Below, in pieces: positions 12,808-25,276 of a stretch of 64,000 nt of DNA. A program made the position numbers and the translations under genes. The notes under the pieces are model-generated. The model had not been told where the DNA came from and made no database searches. It saw only the letters and a program-made list of their open reading frames with translations. Origin of the DNA: Octopus vulgaris. Lineage: Eukaryota. Every line of letters begins with the position of its first letter. Positions within the stretch are counted from its first letter, which is position 1. The stretch is taken from positions 17,980,001 through 18,044,000 of the forward strand of contig OX597815.1 in assembly GCA_951406725.2 (NCBI GenBank), in the 5' to 3' direction.

Positions 12808-13345
12808 CTTACTTACTTGTACTTGTGGCGACATTCACCCTGGGCGGGTTGAGTTGGCTTCTTCTAGCACCCTTGAGGCATCTCGAACCATGGCAGCCCA
12901 CGCACAACGGTCCTGCGCCAGTTCACTGGAGATAGCAAGCCAGTCACGGTTCCATCGGCCGGTCCTGTGAGCATGGAGAGGTCCTCCTTGATCGTCGTAA
13001 CCCAGGTCTTCAGCTGCCCACCTGGGTGTTTCCGCCAGTTGGGAAGTGGAGTTGGGAGAAGGACATCACGGCTCAGTTCAACCACTGGACGCCTACATGC
13101 ATGAACCACCTCAAGCGCCGTTGCAGAAGGACAGATGGAAGGGGCCGCAGAGATAGGCAAAGTCGGAGATTGGCGGTGGGAACATGATTCACCCGACAGC
13201 AACGAAGAATGCACCGGAGGCAGTCATTGTCAAAGACTTCCAGTCTTCGTTGATCGACCATCCGCATAGGCCACGTTTCACAGCCATAGAGAAGTACTGT
13301 ACGAACGATGGCCTGATATATTCGCCCTTTGGTCACCAATGAGAT
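12808..13345 (-). pseudogene. RTE (BovB-like) LINE ORF2 C-terminal fragment, frameshifted
   Basis: KGRIYQAIVRTVLLYGCETW...LEVFDNDCLRCIL...QRRLRWF, then GGQLKTWVTTIKEDL in another frame. (CAAGTA)n tail. Confidence 0.85.
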
Positions 13346-13658
13346 TTCCCTTCAGTCCCACTGACACACTCTAAAGTAATTGGCAAGTGAGCAGAGAAAG
13401 CACAAAGTTGTGAGGTCCCTTTAGTCCTGTGTTGCTAAGGACTATTCAACTTCACTAGGGTTGATGCCAAGGGTTAAAAAGAAGGCACCCAGTATACTGA
13501 ACAGTGGTTTGCGATAGGAAGTGATAGAATAGTGGTTTGTGATATCTGGTTGTAGAAAGCCAAATGGCACATAGAAGCACCAGTCTATAGGAGAAGCGAC
13601 ACTCAATAAGAAATGGCACTGACTGTGACAGCCTATACAAGCATGGAAAGCAAATGTA

Positions 13659-14339
13659 TGATGACGATGATGATGATGATGATGATGGTAATGATGATGG
13701 AGATGATGATGGTGATGATGATGATGATGGTGGTGATGATGGTAATGATGGTGATGATGATGGTGGTGATGATGGTGGTGATGATGATGATGGTGATGAT
13801 GATGGTGATGATGATGATGGTGGTGATGATGATGATGATGATGATGATGGTGATGATGGTGATGGTGGTGATGATGATGATGGTGATGATGGTGATGATG
13901 GTGATGATGATGGTGGTGATGATGATGATGGTGATGATGATGGTGATGATGATGATGGTGGTGATGATGATGATGGAGATGATGATGGTGATGGTGATGA
14001 TGATGGTGATGATGATGATGATGGTGATGATGGTGATGATGGTGATGATGGTGATGATGATGGTGGTGATGATGATGATGGTGATGATGATGGTGATGAT
14101 GATGATGGTGGTGATGATGATGATGATGATGGTGATGATGATGGAGATGATGGTGGTGATGATGATGATGATGATGATGATGGTGATGATGATGGTGATG
14201 ATGGTGATGATGATGGTGATGATGATGATGGTGATGGTGATGATGATGATGATGATGATGGTGGTGATGATGATGGTGGTGATGATGATGATGATGGTGG
14301 TGATGATGATGGTGGTGATGATGATGGTGATGATGGTGG

Positions 14340-14390
<51 letters not shown>

Positions 14391-14394
14391 CGAT
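13659..14394. repeat. ~735-bp (GAT)n/(GGT) trinucleotide tract grown from an RTE family R tail
   Basis: Preceded by AGCATGGAAAGC, the family R terminus. Source of the poly-H/D/M/I ORFs. Confidence 0.95.
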
Positions 14395-14609
14395 GCACAT
14401 TAAAATTTCTTAAAACAGTGATGAGTGCATACACTGTGCTTTGCTACAAATAAATACGCAAGTTTTCTAAACATCTGAGCATTTTCTGTTTTGCCAATGA
14501 AACATATAGCCTACCGGTGAATTATATGTGGCACTCAAGTGCCACATGTAGTCGAAAATAAGTGTGTCAGTGTGTCACAGCACAGTGATTATAAAATGTC
14601 TATTCTGGA

Positions 14610-14915
14610 TGTTGTTTGTACCTTATCGAGCCATGCCTAGCTCATAAGGGCCGGTTTTCAGGTTTCTTGGCGTATAGTTTCCCCACCTGGACGGGATGCC
14701 AGTCCGTCACAGGTGAGCTGCAAGATGCAGGAGGAAAGAGTGAGAGAAAGTTGTGGCGAAAGAGTCAGCAGAAGTTTCGCCATTACCTTCTGCTGGAGCC
14801 ATGTGGAGCTTAGGTGTTTCGCTCATAAACACACACATCGCCCGGTCTGAGATTTGAACCCGAGATCCCTCGACCGCGAGTCCGCTGCTCTAACCACTAG
14901 GCCGTGTGCCTCCAC
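14610..14915 (-). mobile_element. tRNA-derived SINE family C
   Basis: Head GTGGAGGCACACGGCCTAGTGGTTAGAGCAGCGGACTCGCGG...GGGTTCAAATC. Flanking direct repeat TTCTGGATG. Confidence 0.85.
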
Positions 14916-15376
14916 CTGTTCTGGATGAACAGTGTAGATTGGAAAAAACCTACATTGGTAAGAGGGTTCCTTTAGGAGTAAAGGTTAGTAAGACATAAAC
15001 TCTAAATCTATATCTTGCAAGGCGAGTCAGTGAGTAATAATGATGGCTTTGTTTATTTAATTCAAAACCTTACACAAGGAATATTGTAACACAGATAACA
15101 CTTCAGTTTACTATCATCTATATTTTCCATTTATAGCAATATTTAAAGGACTTCTGTTCAACTTTAGAGATTATCAAAACCAGCAGTGGTCATAGGAAAT
15201 GTAGTATTCGTATGAACTAAACAACTGTTAAAGAAAATATAGAAGCCTTGTAATAGCTGTAGAAATATTTACATTTAAATCTTCCTGAATTTGCTAGCAT
15301 TGATTCAAGTGTTTATGCGTGTGTGTGTGTGAGAGAGAGAGGGCATGTGCGTGCATGCGTGTGTTTCTCCTTTTAA

Positions 15377-15860
15377 CCCTTTCACTGCAAAAGTCAGATA
15401 TATCCACTCAAAATTACATTACTCTTAACTGCGGAAAACAGTTTTATATACCAAGAGCTATCTTTCGCTGAATGGTGTTAGTCTTGAAACTATTTTCTAT
15501 TCAGAGATGTGTCACAAGTTTACTGAGGCAAGCAGAAAATACTATTCTTTTTGGGGGGTTTTTTGGGGTTTTTTTTTTTGTAGATATTTAACCCTTTAGT
15601 ATTTAAACCGGCCATATCCGGCCAAAATAGTTAATCTGTTTTATACTCAAACTGACCAGATCCAGGCTCTCACACCTACCCTACAATGTTATTCTACATT
15701 AAGTAATTACACCATCAAGATCTTGAAGATATGAGATAATGCATGATTAATTCAAATCAATGGGAATCAATAAGCATTATGTTTTATTGAATAATCTGAA
15801 CACTAAAGGGTTGACATCATTACTGGAATAACCATAATATATTATTTTGCAGTTAAAGGG
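15377..15860. mobile_element. piggyBac-type MITE containing a second piggyBac-type MITE (15592-15810)
   Basis: TTAA|CCCTTTCACTGCAAAA...TTTTGCAGTTAAAGGG|TTAA. Inner element TTAA|CCCTTTAGT...ACTAAAGGG|TTGA. Confidence 0.85.
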
Positions 15861-16134
15861 TTAATAATTTCAGTCATTGGATTACAGCCATGCTGAGACA
15901 CCCACTCCAAGTATATAGTTAGTCAATTCTGTTCAAATTTAGAGATTATCAAAATTAGCAGTAGTTATGAGAAAATGTAGTATTCATATGAACTAAACAA
16001 AAGTTATGAAAGAAAAATATGAAATTGCTTTCATTCGTGGTTTGGGTTTTGACTGCCCTTTCTAGCATGTAAGGTGTCTTGTCAAAGGTCGCCTCTTTCA
16101 CGTATAAATACTTAAATTGTTTGTACACTATTAT

Positions 16135-16820
16135 GCGGTAATGGCAATGACCTCAAACGAGGTCGTTGCCAGTGCCGCCTGACTGGCCCCCCATACTGGT
16201 GGCACGTAAAACCACCTAAAACACTCTTAGAGTGATTGGTATTAGGAAGAGCATCCAGCTGTAGAAACTCTGCTAGATCAAGATTGGAGCCTGGTGGAGC
16301 CATCTGGTTCGTCAGCCCTCTGTCAAATCATCCAACCCATGCTAGCATGGAAAGCGGACGTTAAATGATGATGAAGATACTTATCAATCAAATACGATGA
16401 CTGGCATAAGTGCTGAATGAGATCGTGGCCAGAGCAACAAGCTGGCCTTCGTGCCAATTGCACGTGAAAAACACCATTCGAGCGTGATCGTTATCTGCGT
16501 CGCCTTACTAGCATTTGTGCTGGTGGCACGTGAAAAAACATTCGAGCGAGGTCGTTGCCAGTGCCGCTGAACTGGCACATAAAAAGCACCATTCGAGAGT
16601 GGCCGTTGCCAGTACCGCCTGACTGGCCCTCGTACCGGTGGCACGTAAAAGCACCCACTACACTCTCAGAGTGGTTGGCATTAGGAAGGGCATCCAGCTT
16701 TAGAAACTCTGCCAGATCAAGACTGAAGCCTGGTGCAGCCATCTGGTTCGCCAACCCTCAGTCAAATCGTCCAACCCATGCTAGCATGGAAAGCGGACGT
16801 TAAACGCTGATGATGATGAT
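16135..16820 (+). mobile_element. Two tandem RTE family R 3'-UTR copies
   Basis: Family R termini with (GAT)n at ~16370 and ~16810. Confidence 0.85.
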
Positions 16821-17139
16821 TGTCTGGTACTTACTGATTTTGGAAAGGATGCTTAACAAGTTAATAAAGGCTAGAATGAATTCAGAATGTAAAGGATCAC
16901 AACCAAATACCACAAGGTATTTTGTCTCATACACAACTATCGCTGCCATTCTTTTCTCTATAATTTACTTCTTAATTTATTTTATATTAATTTGTCTATT
17001 TTATATTTGTCTACTTGGCACACTATTAAGCTTGACAGCTTTTAATGGCTATTTATCTATAGCTAGATGTATGTTTAATTTAAATAATGGAAACCAGTCA
17101 AAAACTTTCTTAAAGTCAATTAGAGACAAAGGTAGAATA

Positions 17140-17545
17140 CTCTTTTACTCTTTTACTTGTTTCAGTCATTTGACTGCGGCCATACTGGAGCACCGCCTTT
17201 AGTCATGCAACTCGACCCCGGGACATTCTTTGTAAGCCCAGTACTTATTTTATCAGTCTCTTTTGCCGAACCGCTAAGTGACGGCGACATAAACACACCA
17301 GCATCGGTTGTCAAGCAATGCTAGGGGGACAAACACAGACACACAAACACACACACATACATATATATATATACATATATACGACAGGCTTCTTTCAGTT
17401 TCTGTCTACCAAATCCACTCACAAGGCTCTGGTCGGCCCGAGGCTATAGTAGAAGACACTTGCCCAAGGTGCCACGCAGTGGGACTGAACCCAGAACCAT
17501 ATGGTTGGTAAGCAAGCTACTTACCACACAGCCACTCCTGCACCT
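17140..17545 (-). mobile_element. SINE family A
   Basis: Full-length match. Confidence 0.9.
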
Positions 17546-17604
17546 AGAATATTTATTTCTATGCCATACACTGTCTCTCAGTCTTATTATCATCATCATT
17601 TAGC

Positions 17605-17810
17605 ATCCAGCAGAATTGTTAGCACGCTGGACGAAATGCTTAGCAGTATTTCACACACCGCTACGTTCTGAGTTCAAATTCCGCTGAGGTCGACTTTACC
17701 TTTCATCCTTTCGGGGTCGGTAAAAGTACCAGTGAGCCACTGGGGGTCGAAGTAATCGACTAGTCCCCTCCCCCAAAATTTCAGGCTTTGTGCCTATAGT
17801 AGACAGGATT
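17605..17810 (+). mobile_element. SINE family B (divergent 3' end)
   Basis: GAGTTCAAATTCCGCTGAGGTCGACTTTACCTTTCATCCTTTCGGGGTCG core. Confidence 0.75.
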
Positions 17811-18159
17811 TTTCTATGCTTGCACGAGTCAGGGGGGAATATTTTGAAGCGGATTCTCTACAAGTGGGTGCTCCTCTTGTTGTTAAACTGCACCTATTTC
17901 CAAGCAAATTAATATTTCCCATTGCAAGACATGTTTTCCACAGAAGACTGGAAACAAACACAACCTGTATGATGATAATGCATGTTTACAACCATCTCAT
18001 GATGTCAAAACAAGGGTACCCACAAACACACACATATATAGGCACACACACATACACACATACAAACACACACACACATGTAAGATTCAGTTGAATTAGG
18101 TTGAATTAAGTTGAGGCACCTCGTTAGGTCTCAATAATACACACACATAGTAATATTAT

Positions 18160-18352
18160 GTAATAATAATAATAATAATAATAATTGTGTACAGTGCTCA
18201 GGTGCACTACAACTCATCTAAAGTGTATTTATAATCAGGTGTAGTTTCGGCGGATTTCGGAAAGCATGAGGGCCTTAAAGGCTGCAGTGTCATTGCAGTC
18301 AACAACTGACTCAGGCAGTTTATTCCATGCTTCAGCAACTCTGAGCGTGAAC
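18160..18352 (-). mobile_element. CR1-group LINE 3' end with (TTA)n tail
   Basis: Minus strand FTLRVAEAWNKLPESVVDCNDTAAFKALMLSEIRRNYT*. Confidence 0.75.
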
Positions 18353-18532
18353 TTTGATACAGAAGTACCAGTAGAATGATATTCCTATAGTGTATGTAGA
18401 CAATTTGACCCAGTTGAGTATATAATCCACTTATGAGCTATTCAGACACATACATTTATATATGTCCATAACATACTATAGACAATATACAGTCTATAAC
18501 ATACTTCAGAATTTACGAACACTAAACTCTGC

Positions 18533-19222
18533 TTGCGAAGACCTGTTGCGGCAAGTGAAATCGAAATCAAACTTGATTGCGAAGACCTGTTGCGGCAAGT
18601 GAAATCGAAATCAAACTTGATTGCGAAGACCTGTTGAGGCAAGTGAAATCGAAATCAAACTTGATTGCGAAGACCTGTTGAGGCAAGTGAAATCGAAATC
18701 AAACTTGATTGCGAAGACCTGTTGAGGCAAGTGAAATCGAAATCAAACTCGGTGACTGGCATCCGTTGGTAGTGGAGCGCTAAGAGTACCGTACAAGTGA
18801 GATCGTTGCCAGAGCAACAAGCTGGCCTTTGTGCCAATGGCACGTTAAAAATACCATTCGAGTGTGATCGTTACCTGCGTCACCTTACTAGCACTTGTGC
18901 TGGTGGCACATGAAAAAAAAAACATTCGCGCAAGGTCGTTGCCAGTGCCGCTGGACTGGCTCCTGTGCAGGTGGCACATAAAAAGCACCAACCATTTGAG
19001 CATGGTCATTGTCAGTACCGCCTACCTGGCCCTCGTGCCGGTGGCACGTAAAAGCACCTACTACATTCTCGGAGTGGTTGGCATAAGGAAGGGCATCCAA
19101 CAGTAGAAACTCTGCCAGATCAGATTGGAGCCTGGTGTAGCCATCTGGTTCACCAGACCTCAGTCAAATCGTCCAATCCATACTAGCATGGAAAGCGGAT
19201 GTTAAACGATGATGATGATGAT
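18533..19222 (+). mobile_element. RTE family R 3'-UTR with 5 x 44-bp tandem repeat at its 5' junction (18533-18749)
   Basis: Unit GCGAAGACCTGTTG(C/A)GGCAAGTGAAATCGAAATCAAACTTGATT at 18535, 18579, 18623, 18667 and 18711. Confidence 0.9.
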
Positions 19223-19985
19223 ATGTTCCAAGATAGGTGAATAAAATTGTTACCTATTTATAAGTCACAATTGAAGCCTAGGTGTCAATTCATTACGTTC
19301 TAATGACTCCTTTACTAGATTAATAAGTACACTATAAAGAAACTATCTTCTTCAGATGAATACATGAACTTTACAATCAAAGACATTCCAAATGATTTAA
19401 CATATTTTAAAACCCATGGAGCAAAACATTTTCATTGATTCTGCTACTAACGCCAACCACTCTGAGAGTGTAGTGGGTACTTTTACGTGCCACCGGCACG
19501 GGAGCCAGTCAGGCGGTACTGGCAATGACCTCACTTGAGGTCGTTGCCAGTACCACATAATAATGTACAAACAATTTAAGTATTTATACATGAAAGAGGC
19601 GACCTTTGACAAGACACCTTACTTGCTAGAAAGGGCAGTCAAAACCCAAACAACAAATAAAAGCAATTTCAAAGGGAATGAAAATAAAAAAATATTTTTC
19701 TAGTTACCCTCAAACTTGAGTTTCTGTATTAATGAGCAAATAAATTAATTTGTCATCTGTACTTCATCAGTGAGGTCACTAAAATTAATGCATGCTTATG
19801 TAGCAAATAATGTACTGAAAATACACGTGCTGCATACTTATACATTATATTTTCAAATCCACCGTGTAAGTACAATTACTTTCGGTAGCAAATAATAATA
19901 GGATTAAAACTGCATACCAGAAAGGCTTTGAAATTACGAAAATTTTTCTGTGAAAATAATAAGGGTAGAAAATTTAGAAAAATTT

Positions 19986-20396
19986 AGGCGCAGGAGTGGC
20001 TGTGTGGTAAGTAGCTTGCTAACCAACCACATGGTTCCGGGTTCAGTCCCACTGCGTGGCACCTTGGGCAAGTGTCTTCTGCTATAGCCCCGGGCCGACC
20101 AATGCCTTGTGAGTGGATTTGGTAGACGGAAACTGAAAGACGCCTGTCGTATATATGTATATATATATATATATATGTATGTGCGTGTATATGTTTGTGT
20201 ATCTGTGTTTGTCCCCCTAGCATTGCTTGACAACCGATGCTGGTGTGTTTACGTCCCCGTAACTTAGCGGTTCAGCAAAAGAGACCGATAGAATAAGTAC
20301 TGGGCTTACAAAGAATAAGTCCCGGGGTCGATTTGCTCGACTAAAGGCGGTGCTCCAGCATGGCCGCAGTCAAATGACTGAAACAAGTAAAAGAGT
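19986..20396 (+). mobile_element. SINE family A, young full-length copy
   Basis: AGGCGCAGGAGTGGCTGTGTGG...GAAACAAGTAAAAGAG. Confidence 0.92.
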
Positions 20397-20921
20397 ATAC
20401 CGGTGGCTAACATGCATAATAAAGTCAATAGACAACATATTTTCATATATAATAGCATACAAACAATTTATGTATGCTATTAAGGTTCTCATTTTTGTTA
20501 AATGAATAAATAATCCAACATTCTAATATCCGAAAGTTGATGAACAAACTAAATTGTTTCTCTATTTTCTTATTTATATTATAAATTAATGGTAAAATAT
20601 TTCTTTACCTTCACCCGTTTAATACAATAAATAAGTTAATTGCATTGCAATTAAAAACATTTGTGTATTAAGAATTTTGGGTATTATACCAACAGTATAT
20701 TGGATAAATATCATCCCTTAGTGGGTTGGATCTATAACTCCTAACTTACTTCAAGTTATATATACATATATATTATTTAAATAATGAGGGAGATAAATTA
20801 ATATCAATTTAATTAACATCAATTTAAAACCAGTAGCCTAGCATACAAAAATCTGAAAAATCAGAGAAAATTCTAATACATTCTAGCATACGGCCGACTA
20901 CCTAGTGGTCTTGCCCTTTGA

Positions 20922-20965
<44 letters not shown>

Positions 20966-21148
20966 TAGTTATGGCCAGTTCATAGGGTTACCCAGGGTTT
21001 TGTGTCCATAAAGCACTTGGCTTCACACACATCTCATCGTCAGACCCTAATGGCCAGTAGCCTATAGAAGTTATAGACGAGACATGTGTAAAGCCTAGCG
21101 CTTTATGGATGTGAAAACCTGGGTAACGCCATGAACAGGCCATAACTA
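20966..21148. repeat. Long imperfect inverted repeat (~72-bp arms), possibly Penelope-derived
   Basis: TAGTTATGGCCAGTTCATAGGGTTACCCAGG... pairs with ...CCTGGGTAACGCCATGAACAGGCCATAACTA. Confidence 0.8.
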
Positions 21149-21244
21149 ACATTCTCTAAAATACTCTACTACTCCACAATTTAGTTGTGCTTTCAGATTT
21201 ATGGTTTATTGACAATTAATACACACACACACATATAAACATGT

Positions 21245-21524
21245 GTCTCCTGTGCAGGTGGCACATAAACCTGTGCAGGTGGCACATAAAAAACACCATT
21301 TTGAGCATGGCCGTTGCCAGTGCCGCTAGACAGGCCCTCGTGCCAGTGGCACGTAAAAGCACCCACTACACTCTTGGAGTGGTTGGCTTTAGGAAGGGCA
21401 TCCAGCTGTAGAAACTCTGCCAGATTAGATAGGATCCTGGCACAGCCATCTGGTTCACCTGTCCTCAGTCAAATCGTCCAACCCTTGCTAGCATGGAAAG
21501 CGGATGTTAAATGATGATGATGAT
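21245..21524 (+). mobile_element. RTE family R 3'-UTR
   Basis: Family R modules and (GAT)n tail. Confidence 0.85.
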
Positions 21525-21619
21525 ATGTGCTGCACAGTGGAATTGAACTCCAGCTCACATGGTTAGGAAACAATCTTCTTAACCACATAGCTATACCTGC
21601 ACCTCAATAGAAATATAAT

Positions 21620-21850
21620 ATTAGATGAGTGTCATTCATGCACTAGTCAAATTGTGGGTTCATCTACTCTAACTCTATCCAATATCAAATTCACCAAGTC
21701 TTTTCCTAGAGGTGAACTATCTTGAGATTAGAGTAATTTTTCCTCTCTAAAGCATCCCCTTTATATTTGTAGAAGTAGATAACAATGGTACCATACTAAT
21801 AAACAATTCCTGCACAGTTTTGTTATCCATGTGAACCTTTATCTTTGGAA
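21620..21850 (-). pseudogene. Highly decayed RTE-type reverse transcriptase N-terminal fragment
   Basis: Minus strand YKYKGDALERKNYSNLK resembles the KGDxxxxxNYRGL motif. Confidence 0.55.
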
Positions 21851-22156
21851 GATCTGGAGAAAGAAACAGTGCTCATGTCCTTCACAAGACAAAATATTGA
21901 AAATAAACTAATTATGATGTCATTTTATAAAAATAATTCATTCCACTTTTGAAGTATTTGTACTCACTAGTTACTAATTCAGAACAGCACTAGTTTCTTC
22001 AGATTTGTCTAATTAATTATGTGACAACTATCCAATCTGAAGATTTCAGCATCTGACAGCTATCCTTACAGTCGTTACATCATCCTATTAGCAACAGCTT
22101 CCCTCACTATTCCGCACCTAAATTCTATAACAATACACATCACTGTGTTCTTTTAA

Positions 22157-22377
22157 CCCTTTCGTTACTGTATTTATTTTGAGATGCTCTGTGTTTCTTT
22201 CAATTCATTTTAAATATAACAAAGGACTTAGTAAAATAACTTAGTTATTATTAAGCTAGTGTTAGGAACATAAATTGTAACTAAGATTTGATGGAGGATT
22301 TTAATTCAAAACTTATGAAACAAGACATTTGTACTACAGAGCCAGAGGCAGTTTCAGGCGAGTTGGTGTGAAAAAGG
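22157..22377. mobile_element. piggyBac-type MITE
   Basis: TTAA|CCCTTTCGTTAC...AAGG|TTAA; same family as 26595-26815. Confidence 0.85.
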
Positions 22378-22624
22378 TTAAAGAGTAAGTTTTTTCCTAT
22401 ACTATTTATCTTCTACATTTTATGTACATTTTTTTCAGAGTCCACTTGTGTCTGGATAATTTCTGATGCGATTCAACTCAACATCATATGGATTTTCTTC
22501 TTCACTCATTGTCAAGCAGCTTCCTCATAGCAAAGATTTACTTGCATTAAGATTAATGTAAATAAATATTTGCCTATAAAATAGTTGAAACAATCTTTAC
22601 TATCTTAAATTAGCATTTTAAAAT

Positions 22625-23050
22625 ATATTGTTGTATTTCGGAATAGTCATTTTGCCAGTTTAGCCAATAAAAACACACGCACTATATATTTGGTGTTAGC
22701 TTCATTTATTTATTACATTAATCCTAATCTTATTTTGGCCTGAGTTCTTTCGTCACACTCCTGTGACCACATCAGTGGTCCTTTGCTTTCTTCTTTCTTA
22801 TTTGTGTGTCTCTCCTTACCAACAGTCAGCCATTTTGTATTTCATATTTCTATTGTATGTGTCTTCATTTGCGCATGCGTATATCTCCTATGTGCGTCTA
22901 TGTTTAGTTAGTATGTGTGGGGGGATGCCTGTAATATTTAGTGCGTGTGTTTTTATTGGCTAAACTGGCAAAATGACCATTCCTAAATACAACAATATCT
23001 GTTTCAACACACGATTTCACATCAAAAATCTTGCAAAACAAATATATAAA
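22625..23050. mobile_element. Penelope-like relic with inverted arms (22625-22690 / 22932-22998)
   Basis: ATATTGTTGTATTTCGGAATAGTCATTTTGCCAGTTTAGCCAATAAAAACACACGCACTA is inverted downstream. Internal hammerhead-like motif. Related copy at 56810-56940. Confidence 0.6.
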
Positions 23051-24139
23051 CGTAATTTTAAAATATAGTTTTACTAGAATAAATTGTTTTTCTAGAAGAA
23101 TTTTAAACTGAAAAAAATCCCATGTTTTAAAATGTAAACTATATTCAATATCATTCTAAAATATTTTCTGAATATTCTTATTTTGCAATTCTTAACAAAT
23201 TTAGTCAGTTGCTTAGTACTTAGCAGAGTTCTTTCCAAATTATACCAGATCCATTCTGCTCTAGTTTTTATTGAGCAAAACTACAGGCATTATATAGAAA
23301 TTCAGCATATTACTCTAAATTTAGTAATACTGTTGCTAAAATTGATGTATCTTCATAATCAAGGTTGTTAACTAAAGGCAAAATTCAAATAATTTTCCAA
23401 TAATTTTGTACTTGGAACAAAGAAAATAAAATAATTTATCTAAACAGATGCAAATGACTTGTTCTAAGAGAATTAAATATTTCCTTGAAAAAGAAATCAA
23501 AATAACATAATGCAATATTCAATAATAAAATTAATTATGAGTGTTTGTTACAAAATTATAAGTAATAATTATATAATCAATAAAATTCATTTCCTTAAAA
23601 GAATAAAAACAATGTAAAGTATAGAATAAAAACAATGCCTGAAGATTATATTCAGCTCTTCTTGAAAACAGCCACTACTCTAAATTTATAGTTTGTTTTC
23701 TAACATTCTAACGTCCTATAGAATAAAATATTTCAAGGATCAAATTAATCTCAAAGCCTAAATTATCCATGTTCAGTTCATATAAGATTAAGGAATGTTT
23801 CGAATAAAAAAATCTTCACATGCACACACAGACACAGCTATACATGTCGCTGGATACGTATACTTACTTTAATGAGTAGAACTCCATCATCATCATCATC
23901 AACATTTAATGTCCATGTTCCATGCTGGCATGGGTTGAACAGCATGACAAGAACTGGCAAGGCCAGGGGTTGCACCATTTTAGACATGATCTTTATACAA
24001 AATTGAAAACATAATACAATATGCTACTTCAGTTTCATGGTTAGATCATGATTGAACTTGGTGCACAAATATGTGACCGTCCATTCCTCAAGCAAAACCA
24101 AATTAGTGAAGCTTCTATTTCTACTGAGTAATTGATGGC

Positions 24140-24418
24140 CTCGCCTTACTGGCCCCTGTGCCGATGGCATGTGTAAAAAGATTCGAGCGAGGTCATTGCC
24201 AGTCCCGCCTGACTGGCCCCTGTGCCGGTGGCATGTAAAAAAGCACCCACTACATTCTCGGAGTGGTTGGCGTTAGGAAGAGCATCCAGCTGTAGAAACT
24301 CTGCCAGATCAAGATTGGAGCCTTGTGCAGCCATCTGGTTCGCCAACCCTCAGTCAAAATCGTCCAACCCATGCTAGCATGGAAAGCGGACATTAAACGA
24401 TGATGATGATGATGATGA
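24140..24418 (+). mobile_element. RTE family R 3'-UTR
   Basis: Family R modules and (GAT)n tail. Confidence 0.85.
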
Positions 24419-24519
24419 AAGTTCACTAGTAGCCCCACCATAAAATTAGAGAAGCAAATTGTATATCTCAGATATTGTATGAAGTTCTCTATCTCTGTCA
24501 TGATCTGTCTGTTTGTTTG

Positions 24520-24551
<32 letters not shown>

Positions 24552-24841
24552 TTATTTAGACATATAAATTATTCAAATGTCAATAATTCTGGAACAACTG
24601 CCAAATAGCATAATTGCTTGCATGCAATAATGTTATTCAAGCAATCCTTAGAGTTTATCCAAAGCTTTCAATTTTGATATTTTATTCCTACAAAAGCATA
24701 ATATTTGAAGAGTCAAGAATTGTTAACAGGTGTTATAGGGTTAAAAAACAGGTGTTTTTCATTAAATATTTAGATATAATACTTCTAAGAAGTATTTCAA
24801 TTACTACTTTTCAGCAGGTTTCTAATTAATTTTCTATAGAT

Positions 24842-24876
<35 letters not shown>

Positions 24877-25276
24877 TAATAATAATAATAATAATAATAA
24901 AGTCACTGAATGAACTATATTAAATCATCATCATGCATATTTGATAAATGATTTTCCTCGTAAGGTGGGGCGGAGAAGAAATCATTTAAACATATCTAGA
25001 CTATCAAAAGCCTTTATTAATCTTGCTGAAGCAATACTGCCATATTTTTTTTAGCTTAGATATACTTTAATTAGCACCTGTTATAGTTTTTCAGTGCATT
25101 TTGAATTCTCTGACATAACCATTTTACCAAATTTGTCAGTAACACCTGAAGCTTTCCATCAACAGCTGCTGTAGATTTAACAATATAGCAAATGGCTTAT
25201 AGATAATTCCTCGGTTTTTAATATAAATTATATCCTGTACCTATGTTTTTATATAAACGTAACATATATATAAATA

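Noticed and set aside
13442-14434. 330-aa poly-His ORF and overlapping poly-D/M/I ORFs
   Set aside because: Translations of a GAT/GGT microsatellite extending a LINE tail; no coding context.
19986-20060. tRNA genes at SINE heads (families A, B, C)
   Set aside because: A/B boxes are present but I could not build a full cloverleaf, and each continues into a multi-copy SINE body.
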